Assembly (NCBI RefSeq): GCF_009914755.1
Contig: NC_060930.1
Length of the DNA: 64,000 nucleotides
Source of the DNA: the human T2T-CHM13v2.0 reference genome, Homo sapiens
Direction: 5' to 3' (one strand)
In this document: one piece after another, positions 13,845 to 27,219 of the stretch
Position numbering within the stretch: the stretch's first letter is position 1
Layout: each line of letters starts with the position of its first letter
Made by a program: the position numbers and the translations under genes
Notes under the pieces: generated by a model
The model's input: the letters and a program-made list of their open reading frames with translations, nothing else
Databases searched by the model: none
What the model was told of the DNA's origin: nothing

Positions 13845-14017
13845 CAAGGTAACATATGTGTTAACTTACAGTGTACATTATAGAACTCTAACCATACAGG
13901 GTTCTTAGGATTTTAAGTAACAAAGTCATTGGACAAAACCACTTCATTTCTACATTTTTAAATAGCCTTACAGAAATCTAGAAAAGATAAATGCTATAAT
14001 CCACCTAAACGTGATAA

Positions 14018-14328
<311 letters not shown>

Positions 14329-14411
14329 TAGCCTCTTTATTTTTAAACAGTTTTAGATCTACAGAAAAATAGAACAAAGAATTCCAATGTAAACTTAAAA
14401 GCTTTCCATAA

Positions 14412-15833
14412 TGTGAACACCTGAGCAGAAAAAACAAACTCAGTTTCTCTTACTATACTCTCACAACATGCTTCTGACACCATATGCAAAGGGCAAAGCA
14501 AGCAATCAATTCTACAGCAGGCCCTCGCTGGGTGTCCTCCAACCCAGCTCAATTCCCACACTCTCTACCTGGAGGTGGTGCCAGATCCCATCGGTTGAGG
14601 ACTCAGTTCCACAAGACAGCCCCTAATTTCTGACAGCAATCATAAGCCCTGGGTTATTTTGCCTCTCCTTCTGACTGACTGTAAATCAGGTTTACCATAT
14701 CCCCCAACTCGGGTTCAGTTAATTTACTAGAGCACTCACAGAACTCAAGGAAACATTCTCTTACATTTACCAGTTTGTTACAAAACATGTTTTAAAGGAT
14801 GAAAAAAAATCAGATGAAAAGATACATAGAGCAAGGTCCAGAAGTATCCCTACTGCAGGAACTTCTGTCCCATGGAGGTGGGGTGTGCTACCCTCCAGGA
14901 ACTTCACCATGTTCAGCTATCCAGGAACCCCCATTAGTCAGCTATCCAAAAGCTCTCGAAACCCTGTCATTTTGGGTATTTATGGAGACTTCATTACATA
15001 GGCAAGATTGATTAAATCATTGGCCATTGATGATCAACTTAATTTCATCCCTTCCCTTGTGGGTAGGGTGTGAGGCTGAAAGTCCCAATCCTCTAATCCT
15101 GCGTTCAGAGGCGTGTGAACAAGAGCAACTCCATCTTAAATAGGATCTGGGTAAAATGAGGCTGAAACCTAGTGGGCTGTGTTCCCAGATGGTTAAGGCA
15201 TTGTAAGTCACAGGATGAGATAGGAGGTCAACACAAAATACAGGTCACAAAGACCTTGCTGATAAAACAGTTTGCAGTGAAGGAGCTGGCCAAAACCCAC
15301 CAAAACCAAAATGGCAACAAGAGTGACCTCTGGTTGTTCTCACTGCTACACCCTCACCAGCGCCATGATGGTTTACAAATGCCATGGCAATGTCAGGAAG
15401 TTACCCTATATGGTCTACAAAGGGGAGGCATGAATAATCCACTCCTTGTTTAGGATATTATCAATAAACAACCGTAAAAATGAGCAATCAGCAGCCCTCA
15501 GGGCTGCTCTGTCAATGGAGTAGCGATTCTTTTATTCCTTTACTCTCTTAATAAACTTGCTTTCACTTTGCACTGCGGACTCACCCTGAATACTTTCTTG
15601 CATGAGATCCAATAACCCTCTCTTGGGGTCTGGATCGGTACCTCTTTTCTGTAACACTGCTTTGTTCTTTCCAGTGAGCAGCCCCCATCCTGAAGCTACT
15701 TAAGAGAGATGCCAGCCTAAATCAACATATTAGCATACAAAAAGATACTGGTCACATTAAAGTTTCCAACAATTTTAGTAGTTATATACCAGGAAACAGT
15801 ACAAAGACCAAGTATATATTTCACAATAGCACA
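14412..15833 (-). mobile_element. MER21 (A/B-like) LTR, split by MER41A
   Basis: ctacctggaggtggtgccagatcccatcggttgaggactcag, ggagacttcattacataggc, terminal aagaccaagtatatatttcacaatagcaca. Confidence 0.88.
15103..15656 (+). mobile_element. MER41A ERV1 solo LTR
   Basis: tcagaggcgtgtgaacaagagcaactccatctt start and ctgtaaca end; perfect 4-bp TSD ctgc at 15099-15102 and 15657-15660; aggggaggcatgaataatcc junction typical of MER41A. Confidence 0.93.
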
Positions 15834-16919
15834 ACATATTTCATAGCCATACTACATTTATCAAAAGTAAGAAATTAACATTGGTGCAATAGTATTAACT
15901 AAAGTTGGTTCAGAACTTACAAGTTTTCTAATGCCCTTTTTCTTTTCCAAGATTCTGTCCAGGATACCACATTACATTTAGTCATCATGTCTCCTTGGTC
16001 TCCTCCAGTCTATCTCAGTTTCTCAGACTTCCTTGTTTATAACTATCTTAAAAGTTTTGTCTATTTTCCATGACTAGTCTAAGGTTACTATGGATTTAGG
16101 GGAAAAGTTTCATAGAATTGAAGTTTGGTTTATTTTTTTCTTCCCTCATCTCCTGATAACAGGGATATCTTATCACTCATAATGTTAATTTTGAATATTT
16201 GATTAAAATGCTATTTGTTAAAATTTTCACTATAAACTACTGGATTTCCCTTTTCATATGCTATTTGATAAATGCTAGTCTTTAAATCCAACCTAATCTC
16301 AAGGGTAGGGAAATTAAGCTCCAACTCCTGGAAGGAGGAGTATCAAAGAATGTATAGACATGTATATAAAATATCACAACACTTATTAAATATTATGAGG
16401 AAGATATCTTGAAGCTATTTAACTATCTTCTTTCTTCTTAATAGTTTGTCAACTAATTTAGCATTCATCAGCAGATCTTGCTTGAAGCAATGACTATGAT
16501 TTCCTAATGACTATTTTCTTTTCCCTTAATTACTTCCACATTTATTATTTGGAATTCTATAAGGAAATTTAGCCATTCTACTTCATTTATTTACTTACGT
16601 AATGTCAGTTTGGACTCATGGATACTTATGTTCTTCTTTGTGAGGCAATTCAGTATTGTTACTTTTTATTTTGCTGGCCAAAAGATTCCTGTCCCAGGCC
16701 TAGCATCAGCAATTATGCCAAGAAGCTTTACTTATTTATTTATTTTTATTGGAGAATGTTACTTAGAAACTAAGATCTAAGATCTGAGCACAAGAATGTT
16801 GCTGTGTGCCAGGCACTCTGAGCAGACAGATTTAGAAAATATATGTGTGCATATGAACACATAGATACATACACATCTATATCTACTTTTCTGTCTGTGC
16901 TTATCTACATTAATCTATG

Positions 16920-16960
16920 GTGTGTGTGTGTATGTGTGTGTGTGTGTGTGTGTGTATGTA
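16920..16960. repeat. (TG)n microsatellite
   Basis: Directly visible. Confidence 0.95.
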
Positions 16961-16964
16961 TAAG

Positions 16965-17851
16965 TGTACCAAAAATAAAATTCTAAGCACCCCTAGCTGA
17001 CTCAAGCATCCCTCTCTTGGCCCAGCGGATCTCAAAGAAACCTGAAAATCTAGTTCAGGCCATGACAGAAAGAGCATGTCAGACATGTCTCATTATACTC
17101 TCCTCCTCAGCAGTTTAGATACAACTGACTAGTGTTATCATTAAATATAAGATCCTAAGACTGTCAAAACAGACTTTTTATAGCAATAAGATACCAAATT
17201 CCAACCCAACTCTCATATAGCATCACATGACAAATAACAGGCCCTGAAGGAAATCTAATTATTTTACCCCAAAATATATTTATTTGACATATTCTGAAAT
17301 GGCCCTGCAAAATTGTCTCTTGTGGGTGAAATTTGCACCCTGTAGAGAATCTCCTTCTCTTACTACGTCTTTTCTTGAGAATCTGACACTATTTGAGGAC
17401 TGATAAGAGACATTCACCAACTATTTTCTCTGAAGACTGCTACTTGGAAGCTTCATCTACATAACAAGAATCTTGGCTTCCACAACCTTCTTATATAAAC
17501 TCAAACACTTCTTTATGCTAAATTCAACGTTTTAGTCAGGGCTTAACTCTTTTAAACAAATACCAATCAGGAAATCTTTTAATTCACGTATGATCTGGAA
17601 GCCCCACAACTTTGAGACATCCCCCCTTTCCAGGCCAAACCAGTGTGTATACCTTACATGTATTAATTTTGTCTTTGCCTGTGACTTCTATCTCCTTAAA
17701 ATGTATAAAACCAAACTGTAACCCAACCACCTGGGGCACATTTTCTTAGGAACTCTGGAGGCTGTCATGGGCCATGGGCCATGGTCCTTAACCTTGGCAA
17801 AATAAACCTCTAAATTGATTGAGATCTGTTTCAGATATCTTTTAGTTAACA
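16965..17851 (+). mobile_element. MER4D/MER4D1-like ERV1 solo LTR
   Basis: ccaaaaataaaattctaagc start, ctagttcaggccatga, aaaatgtataaaaccaaactg, aataaacctctaaattgattgaga...ttaaca end. Confidence 0.88.
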
Positions 17852-17879
17852 TATGTGTTACTATGTTTACAAAATAAAA

Positions 17880-18011
17880 TATATATACTATGTATATATA
17901 TTTTTGTGTATATATATGTATATGTATATACATATATATGTATACACATAGGCATTCATACATATACATATATGTATGCATATACATATGCATGCATATA
18001 TGTGTATATAC

Positions 18012-18043
<32 letters not shown>

Positions 18044-18050
18044 TACATAC
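17880..18050. repeat. (TA)n/(TATG)n/(CA)n low-complexity tract
   Basis: Directly visible. Confidence 0.92.
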
Positions 18051-19518
18051 TTGAATTCCTATCTTTGATTTTTACCCAGCACAATAGGATTTATTCTAAC
18101 CTTGTCTCATACCTTATTTGTATTTTTTCTGACAATGAAACATTTGGCTCTAATTATACATATGTATACATTTAATCAACTCTAGTATATATAAAATAGT
18201 TTCAGAATTGAGTAAAAAAATACCAAATAAAGGATAGTGTTTGTATGTAATTCATTATATATTTATTTCTATAATATTGAATGAAACACTGATTTTCAGT
18301 TACTTGTCAGGTCCTTTTTATTTTGCCCCATTCAATGAAGTCTGCCATATATATGAGATACACTTAGATTCATTTACAACATTCTGCTTGCCATCTTGGT
18401 ATACCACAATATCATAATTTATTTTTAGTATTTTTCATAAAGTACACTCTTTGTGGTATACAATTCTGTAAGTTTAAAAAAATTATACTCATATATCTGC
18501 CATGAAATTGCCATACAGAACTGTTTCATTACCCTACAGTTCTCTTGGGCAGTCCCTTGTGAGTCAAATTCTTAGCTTCCATGCCTTCTTATCAACCACT
18601 AATTTGTTTCCCAAACTTAAGTTTTATGTTTTTTAGAATTTTGTATAAATTGAATTCTTTCACATGGAAAAATGCATTTAAGATTCGTCCATATTATTGC
18701 TTGTATCAGTTGCGTATTTCTTTTTATTGCCAAGTAGCATTTGTTGTATGTACAGTAGAGTTTCTTTATCCATTCACCTGTTAAAGGACATCTTGTTTGT
18801 TTCTTATTGGGCTGATGATTAATAAAGAATAAATCATCTTTAAATATTTGCACAAATGCCTTTTGTGCGTGAACATAACTTTTCAATTCACTGGGAAGTA
18901 TGTGGGAGTGTGATTATTGATTGTATTAATATTGTATGTTTAAACATTATAATGGATCATAGATTTAACCTTTCTGTATTATTCTTTACTTTAGCAACTT
19001 CTTGTAATTATTTCAAAATTATCAGTTATAAGAAAGTAAAAAGAAAAAAGAAACTTCCAGGTTGACTTAAAAAGTGACTGTGACCTTTTGCCTTCCTACC
19101 AAAGCTGAAAGAGTTTTTTTTTTTTTATTTTTTAGCACATTAGAAATATCATTCCATTGTATGTTTGTTTATATGGCTTCACGTAAGACATTGGCTATTT
19201 TCTTATTTATGTGTCTTTCTAAGCAATGTGTCTTTCTTTTCTCTGTTTGCCTTTAAAATTTTCTCTGTCTTTGGGTTTAGTTTTGTTTGCTTCTTTGTTC
19301 ATGTTCTGTCGTTTTGGTTTTCACATGCATCTTCTTTCTTGCTCTACGAGAATATTGGATCTTTTGTTTGGTGTCTGTCACTAATTTAGAACACTGTTAA
19401 CCATTATTTCTTCGAGTATATTTTCATCCCTCTTTCATCTTTCTTCTGCTTCAAGGGCTCCACTAGGTTTATGTTAGATTATATGATATTAATATTGTTT
19501 CACAAATCTTGGAAGTTA

Positions 19519-19816
<298 letters not shown>

Positions 19817-20146
19817 GGATGTTCTTTTTTTTAACTTAGTTTTTTCATGCATTACGTTTTTTCCCCACTAGGGGAATTTCTATTAATATCTTCAAACTAG
19901 CTGATTCTTCCTAAGTTTTTTTTAGTCTACTGGTGAGTACATATAATACATCCAGTCTTTCTCAATTTATAAAAAATTTCTGTCATTTTAATCTAATCAT
20001 TCCCTATAGTTTTCATCTCTCTGCTAACAGTACCTATCTGATTTTTCATGTTTCCTGTATTTTCAGCTAGAGCCGTTAATATGCTAATTATAGTTATTTT
20101 GAAATGCCTGCCTGAGAGTTCTAAAATCCGTGTTATATCTATCTCA

Positions 20147-20289
20147 TATTTGTAAACTTTTTAAAAAACATTATGTGATTTTTTTTTTTAGCTCATCAGC
20201 TATTGTTAGTGTTAGTGTATATTTTGTGTGGCCCAAGACAATTATTCTTCCATTGTGGCCCAAGGAAGCCAAAAGATTGAACATCCCTG
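20147..20289 (-). mobile_element. MER30 (hAT-Charlie MITE), partial
   Basis: gctcatcagctattgttagtgttagtg...tgtggcccaagacaatt...aagccaaaagattgaacatccctg, ending at one TIR. Confidence 0.9.
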
Positions 20290-21108
20290 AGTCCTGGAAA
20301 GAAGTTAGGCATAGTCTGAAGTTTCATCCTTGCTTAGATTGCTAGGTTTTGTATTTTTGCTTGACTTTGGGTCCTCTCTTTGTGCTGCTCCTCAGGAGAA
20401 TCTCTTACTACCAGTGTCCCAGCTGTATTCCCATAATATGTTTACTCAACATTTATTGTGGTGGTGATTGTCTCCTTTCAAAAGAAAGGGAGAAGAGATG
20501 AAAGCTCTCTGATGTTCTCAACATGGTCTCAGAAATATGGCTTTCAGAAACATTCCTGCTTCTCCCTCCAGATACAATGTTGACTCTAGTAGTTATACCG
20601 TTCCCTCCCCCAAGGCGACAGCTTTGTTATTTCCTGTTCCCCAACCCCCAGCTGCAGTAGGTTCTTACAAGTGTCCCCAGGCTATAGTTGCGTTGTCCTT
20701 CACTCTAAAGATTAAATATTATGTTTCATAGGGAAAACAGAGAGATGGATTCTGGCCCAATTTTGACAGTGATTTCTCGTCTTATTCTCCAATCAACACC
20801 ACCAGTCAAGGTTTCTCATGGTTTTTCCCAAATGTTCCTTTGAGCAACTATGGTATCCCTGAAGAAAAAGTCTTGCAACAGGGTGTAAATTCCTCTATGT
20901 CTGTGGCTCCCAATTGTTCTTTATCAATGTTTTAGAAATTTCTAGCTGGTCCTTCTTACTGGGTTACATGGTATTAGGTGGTATTGGGGTGAACTAGACA
21001 AATGCTAAATAAAGCTCTGTTTCTTTCTGATGATTTCTGCATGTGTGTAAGTTTCAGTTTAGTTGTTTTTCCTGTGATCTCAGTCTCTTCTATTTTCAAG
21101 AAGAGTAA

Positions 21109-21434
<326 letters not shown>

Positions 21435-21539
21435 TCCAATTTCTTGTTGTGGTTGCAGGAGTTAACCTCTTTTCACCTTTCTACATGACTGAGCTGAAAA
21501 TGGAATACTGAGCACTATCTAAAACTAAGAATAACTAAG

Positions 21540-21680
21540 GGATTACATTGAGTCCAATTTTATTATTTACCGGTGAGAAAACTGAGACGTTAGTGTTCAT
21601 ATAGAAAAATACAGCTGCTTATTTGGAAAACAATGCCAGAATTAAAATTTTCTGAATCTCAATCTAATATAAATCATAGC
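21540..21680 (-). mobile_element. Possible MIR fragment
   Basis: ttatttaccggtgagaaaactgagac resembles the MIR core. Confidence 0.45.
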
Positions 21681-22349
21681 AAATAATATTTCTGTTAAGA
21701 TTTCTGTTAACTTCTGTTAATAACTGAGGTTTGTAAGATAAATAAATGTGGAAATAATTGAGACAAACCTTTCGTTTTGTATTTATATTGCACTTAGATG
21801 TGACTTTTGAGAAACATTTGGGATTTTAGTGGGATACCTGACAGACAGTACCAAAGTTTAAAGTGAGTAGTATGTGCCGTTTTATTCCTTGATGTAAAAG
21901 AATGCATAGCAGTATATATTTTAGTGACTTTTATTACAAATTATTTCTGAGAAGTATGACTAAAATTTTTAAGAGACTATAAAATCAAATAATTATCTTT
22001 ATGTCTAATATACATCATTCACAATGAGCTATTACAGCCATTACATTTAGATTTTTATATTATATACCTCTATTGATGTAAATACAAAAGAGTAAAACAT
22101 TTGTTTTGCCATGATTATACTTTCAGTGATTAAAAACTACTAATGATTATATCTCCCTCTATGTTTAGAGTACAAGAAGTCTCCCAAAGTTTTCTACATA
22201 GTTTTTTTACAAGAATTACAGATCTTTATTGTCTATATGAGTCCAATTTCTTTTTTAAAAGTCGATTGTTGGTTTGCTTACAAACAATGCTTATTCACTC
22301 TTGCCCTAAATGTTAATGGTTAAGAAGGAATGTGTATTGTTTAAGTAAT

Positions 22350-23550
22350 CTGCAGTGTGGTTTGGAGTAAGGATACTCACATGAATAAATGGGAGTAGAC
22401 TATATTTTCCAAAATGAGACATATACTGACCACTTATTTTCCACAAAGGTGCCAAGAAAATGAGGAATGTGTAGTCTTTGTAAAAAAATAAAGTGCTGAA
22501 AATATTAGACATATGTATCCAAAATAATGAACCTCATTTCATAACTTACACAAAAATTAACTCAAAGTGGATTATGGAAATGAATGTAGGAACTCAGAAT
22601 ATTAAAATTTAGGAGAAAAGAGAGAAGAAAATTGTCCTCGGTTTATGCAAAGATTCTTTACATAGGATACTAAATGTAGACATCAGCAAAATTAAATCTT
22701 CTGCTCTTCAAAATACACTGTTAAGAAAGTGCTAAATTAAGTCACACATGAGAGAAAATAGTTGCAAATCATATATCTGATAAAAGATTTCTATTCAAAA
22801 TATATACAGAACTCTTCAGTAGTAATAACTCTTAAAAAATAAGATGTATAAAATACTTCAATGAACACTTTACTGAGGAAAATATTCAAATGGAAAATAA
22901 GCAAATTAAAAAGAGGTCCAACACCACTCATTAGTCATTAGGAATACAGAAATTAAAATTATAGTAAGATAGCTAAGCGCCCAGCAGAATGGCTAAAATT
23001 AAAGATTCTAAAGATATAAAGCATGCATGAGAATGAGACATCACTGGAACTCTTATACATTGTTGGTGAGAATGCAAAATGGTAATGTGGGAAGTTTCTT
23101 TTACATTTTTTCATACAGTTGCATATTTCCTCATGATGTGACTCAGATAAATGCCTCCCTAGATCCTCACAAAAGAAAACGAAAATAGTAGAGGTTTACA
23201 GAAAGATTTGTCCTCAAATGTTAGCGGATACACACATAAAAGCCCCAAACTATGATCAATTCACTCAGTTTAAATGAATTTCTAAAGAATGATTCTAAAT
23301 GCAAAGCCACACAAAAAAGATAATAGAGTGTATAATTGTTTTATAACATATTTGTAAAAAGACAAACATATAGTGACAGAAACCAGATAATTGTTTGCCA
23401 TAGACTGGGGTTGCAGGATGGAGCTGACTACAAAGAGGCTCCAATGAACTATTTCAAATGGTGACGATACTCTCAATTATGGTTATAATGCTACATGCAC
23501 ATTGTAATCTTTTGTCAAAACAGTTAAGATTGATGAAACTCTTTATATAT
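22350..23550 (+). mobile_element. Old L1 (L1MC/ME-type), ORF2 end and 3' UTR
   Basis: ttttccacaaaggtgccaag, aaaaattaactcaaagtggat, gcaaatcatatatctgataaaaga, cactggaactcttatacattgttggtgagaatgcaaaatgg. Confidence 0.8.
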
Positions 23551-23554
23551 TACA

Positions 23555-24280
23555 GTTAACAAAGGCAATATATGGAGAAGCAATTGTCTTTTAGCAAAAG
23601 ATATCCACATGCAAAAAAAAAAAAAAAGAATCCAGACACAGAACTTGCACTTTACGTAACAATTAAATCAAAATGGGTCATAGACTTAAATGTACAATGC
23701 AAAACTATAAAATTCTTAAAAGATAACATAAGAGAAAATCTAAATAATCTTAGGTATGATGATGACTTTTTCAACACAACACCAAAGACATGGTCTATAA
23801 AAGAAATAATTGAGAAATTAGATTTCATTAAAAATTAAAAACTTCTCCTATGAAATACACTGTTGAAAGAATGAGAAAACAAGCCATAGACTGGGAGAAA
23901 ACATTTGCAAAAGGCACACTGAAAAACATATGTTATCCAAAATATACAAAAAATTCTTAAAGCTCAACAAGAAAGAAAAAGCAGATTTTAAATTTGGGCA
24001 AGAAACCTTAACAGACACCTCACCAAAAAAGATACACAGATGGCAAATAAGCCTATTAAAAGATGCTCAATATCCTCTCATTAGAAAAGTAATTACAGAT
24101 TAAAACAACAATGAGATACCACTACTCATATATTAGAATGGCCAAAATGCAAACAAAAGTATGGCAACAAATGCGAGGGTGGATATGGAACAGGAACCAT
24201 CCTTCATTGCTGGTGGGAATGAAAGCCATTTTGAAAGACAGTTTGGCATTCTTACAAACTAAACATAATCTGACCATTAT
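23555..24280 (+). mobile_element. Second L1 (L1MC-like) ORF2 C-terminal fragment
   Basis: ORF 23572-23838 translates to degenerate ORF2p (KWVIDLNVQCKTIKFLKDNIRENL); repeats the same ORF2 interval as the preceding copy. Confidence 0.85.
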
Positions 24281-24366
24281 CCTTAATTCAAAAGCTAATA
24301 AGAAATAACAGATAATCTAAATATGAATTAGAACGAATTTCATTAGCCCATTAAGTTTCAAGATGC

Positions 24367-24470
24367 TGTATTAGGTATCAATTGCTGCCTAGCAGATTTA
24401 GTGTCCCAATTTGCTTTCCCAAAAATTAGTGGCTTAAAACAATACACATTCATTTTCCCAAAGAAGTTTC
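24367..24470 (-). mobile_element. Terminal ~100 bp of an MLT1 (F/G/H-like) LTR
   Basis: tgtattaggtatcaattgctgc...ccaaaaattagtggcttaaaacaa...gtttctgt. Confidence 0.7.
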
Positions 24471-24487
24471 TGTTTATATCCCAAAGT

Positions 24488-25085
24488 TTCTGTTCTCACA
24501 CTGCTAATAAAGTCATATCTGAGACTGGGTAATGTACAAAGAAAAGAGGTTTAATTGACTCACAGTTCCACATGGCTGGGAAGGCCTCACAATCATGGCT
24601 GAAAACAAATGAGGAGCTAAGTCACATCTTACATGGTGACAGGCAGGAGAACTTGTGGAGGGGAACTCCCCTTTCTAAAACTATGAGATCTCATGAGACT
24701 TATTCACTATCACAAGTACAGCAAAGGAAAGACCCCCCTCCGTGATTCAATTATCTCTCACCAGCTCCCTCCCATGACATGTGGGAATTAAGGGAGCTGC
24801 CATGCAGGATGAGATTTTGGTGAAGACACAGCCAAACCATATCATTCCAACCACCCCCTCCCAAATCTCACGTCCTCACATTTCAAAACCAACCACACCT
24901 TCCCAAAAGTCCCCCAAAGTCTTAACTCATTCAGCATTAACTCAGAAGTCCACAGTCCCAAGTCTCAACTAAGACAAGACAGGTCCCTTCCACCTATGAG
25001 CCTGTAAAATCAAAAGCAAGTTAGTTACTTCCTAGATACAATGGGCATACGGGCATTGAGTAAATAAACCCAATCCAAATGAAAG
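24488..25085 (-). mobile_element. Truncated THE1 element: LTR (24488-24844) plus ~240 bp of THE1-int
   Basis: ctgttctcacactgctaataaag...gccaaaccatatca, then internal ccaaatctcacgtcctcacatttcaaaacc...cctgtaaaatcaaaagcaagttag; terminal tgtattag is missing. Confidence 0.92.
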
Positions 25086-25279
25086 TATTTTAAAAACAAA
25101 AAGGATCCTGAAATTAAAAGAAGCAATCTTCAGGGATAAAGGAATGAATTTATCCACAGTAAGATATAATTTTATAAATATGAGATCTTGGAACTTAGTT
25201 TTCTCAGATTTTTTTCCCTTCTTCTGCATGTTCTCTAAGTTCAAAGACAAAAATAATCCAATAGGAAGTATGAAAGCAA

Positions 25280-25575
25280 GGATGGGCATGGTGGCTCATG
25301 CCTGTAATCCTAGCAATTTGGGAGGCTGGGAGGGTGGATCACATGAGGTCACGAGTTTGAGACCAGCCTGGCCAACACGGCAAAACCCCAACTCTACTAA
25401 AAATACAAAAGTAGCCAGGTGTGTTAACATATGCCTGTAACCCCAGTTACTCGGGAGGCTGAGGCAGAAAAATCGCTTGAACCCAGGATGCAAGGCTGCA
25501 GTGAGCTGAGATGGCACTCTAGCCTGGGAGACAGAGCAAGACTCTATCCTCCCCCTACCCCCCCAAAAAAAGAAA
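25280..25575 (+). mobile_element. Old Alu (AluJb/early S) with a C-rich tail
   Basis: Full dimer with a small right-arm deletion; aaagcaa repeated on both flanks. Confidence 0.92.
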
Positions 25576-26029
25576 ATCTAAAAGCAATGGCTGAAATATG
25601 TAATTTTCTACTTAAATAACACACTGGATAACAAGGAAATATATTTTACTGATGCTTAGTATTGCTTAGTATAAATTGGCCTTAATTTAGAGAAGCAACA
25701 GGATGCTGCTAGAGCCTGTCTCAGAGGGGGAGCATAAAACAAATTCAAAATAGGCTTCCTGACCACTGACCCCCTGTTGTCTCCCTCTTCCCTGCATTTC
25801 TCAAGCTCTAGAAGAACAGCAAAGGAGAAATTCAAACAGCAGATACATATAATCTCCTTGATGAGAAGTTTACTTTTTGGGGAGCAATAGAAAATGTGGA
25901 GGTAGACAATTTCACTATTTTCAACCCTGTATTAAGTTCACGACACAAGCAAAGTTTGTGACTTCAAATCCTATTTCTGGATTCTATTTTCTGCTCTAGT
26001 GATTGATAATCACCTAGGGATTATAAATG

Positions 26030-27215
26030 ATCACAACAAAGAGAAAAGTAAATATCTGAAAATAAGAAGCCAAAATACTATAAAAATTATTGGTAACATA
26101 AAATAAGACAATAAAGTTATAAAGAGGAACCAAAGGGAAATAGTTTCTTATAAAAATAAAATTCTTGTATTGGAAATAAAAACCACAATAGAAGGATTTT
26201 ATAACAGAATAATATAGCCAAAAGTGGTATTTTTTTGAACTGGATTATTAAGTTTAAAAGCTCTTCCAGAAATCATCAGAAAATACTAAAAATTATGGAA
26301 AGAATAAGAATTTGCGGTGTCTGTAAGGTAGAACTAGACATGTAACTGCCTGAAATAGGAGTCCTTGAAGGAGTTTAAATATATATTGAACAGAGGAACT
26401 ATTTGAAACAGTAAGGATAGAACAGATCCAAATATTTAAAAGACAAAATATATTATATTAGAAAAATCTCATAAAATAAAGACAGAAACTTTCAAAAAGC
26501 CACAACCAGACACATAATAGTGAAACTAAACTTCTTCAAAATAATGAAAACAATTCTAATGAAATCAATGTTAGAATTATTAACAACACCAAGGGCAAAA
26601 AGACAGTGGAGCAATATTTTCAAAACATAAAATATAAAGAATTATATGATACTTCTAATTTTATGGCAAACTAAACTGAGATTTAAAACAAAGACACAAT
26701 TAAAGGTACTTTAAAAGCTTTATCATAGAACAAAATTTATTGGAGGAGATCCTATTGAATGGATAAAAATCAACCAAGAGAAATGCTAAAGGAAGCAGGT
26801 AAAATAGGGCTTAGTGAACAATTTATTAAAGATTATTGTCATCTAAATACAGAAAGAATAAAGTAGGAAAAATATAACAATTATGTTCATATAATTGTGG
26901 ACTAATACCAAAATAAACATTAACATTGGGAGATAGATGAGTAAGAGGAAATAAATAAAATCTTAAAGTACTGTCTAGTCTGATTTAAGAGAAAAATGTA
27001 GAACTCAATGACTGAAAAATTGCAAGGGAATCGGAACTTAAAGTTTTAGTAGGTTATAAATAACCTCAGAATTAAAAATAGATATGTAATATTTTCAAAT
27101 CAGCCAAAAAAGCACCTCTTCATAGAATGAGGAAAAAATAACTACAGTGAATATAAAATGAGACATAAATATTAATGTCATCAGAATTACTGGAAATTAA
27201 ATCAATAATGCAAAA
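26030..27215 (+). mobile_element. HAL1-like or ancient L1 ORF1 relic
   Basis: A-rich degenerate ORF1-like landmarks: aaataggagtccttgaaggag, accagacacataatagtgaaac, aaagacagtggagcaatattttcaaa. Confidence 0.6.
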
Positions 27216-27219
27216 GGTG

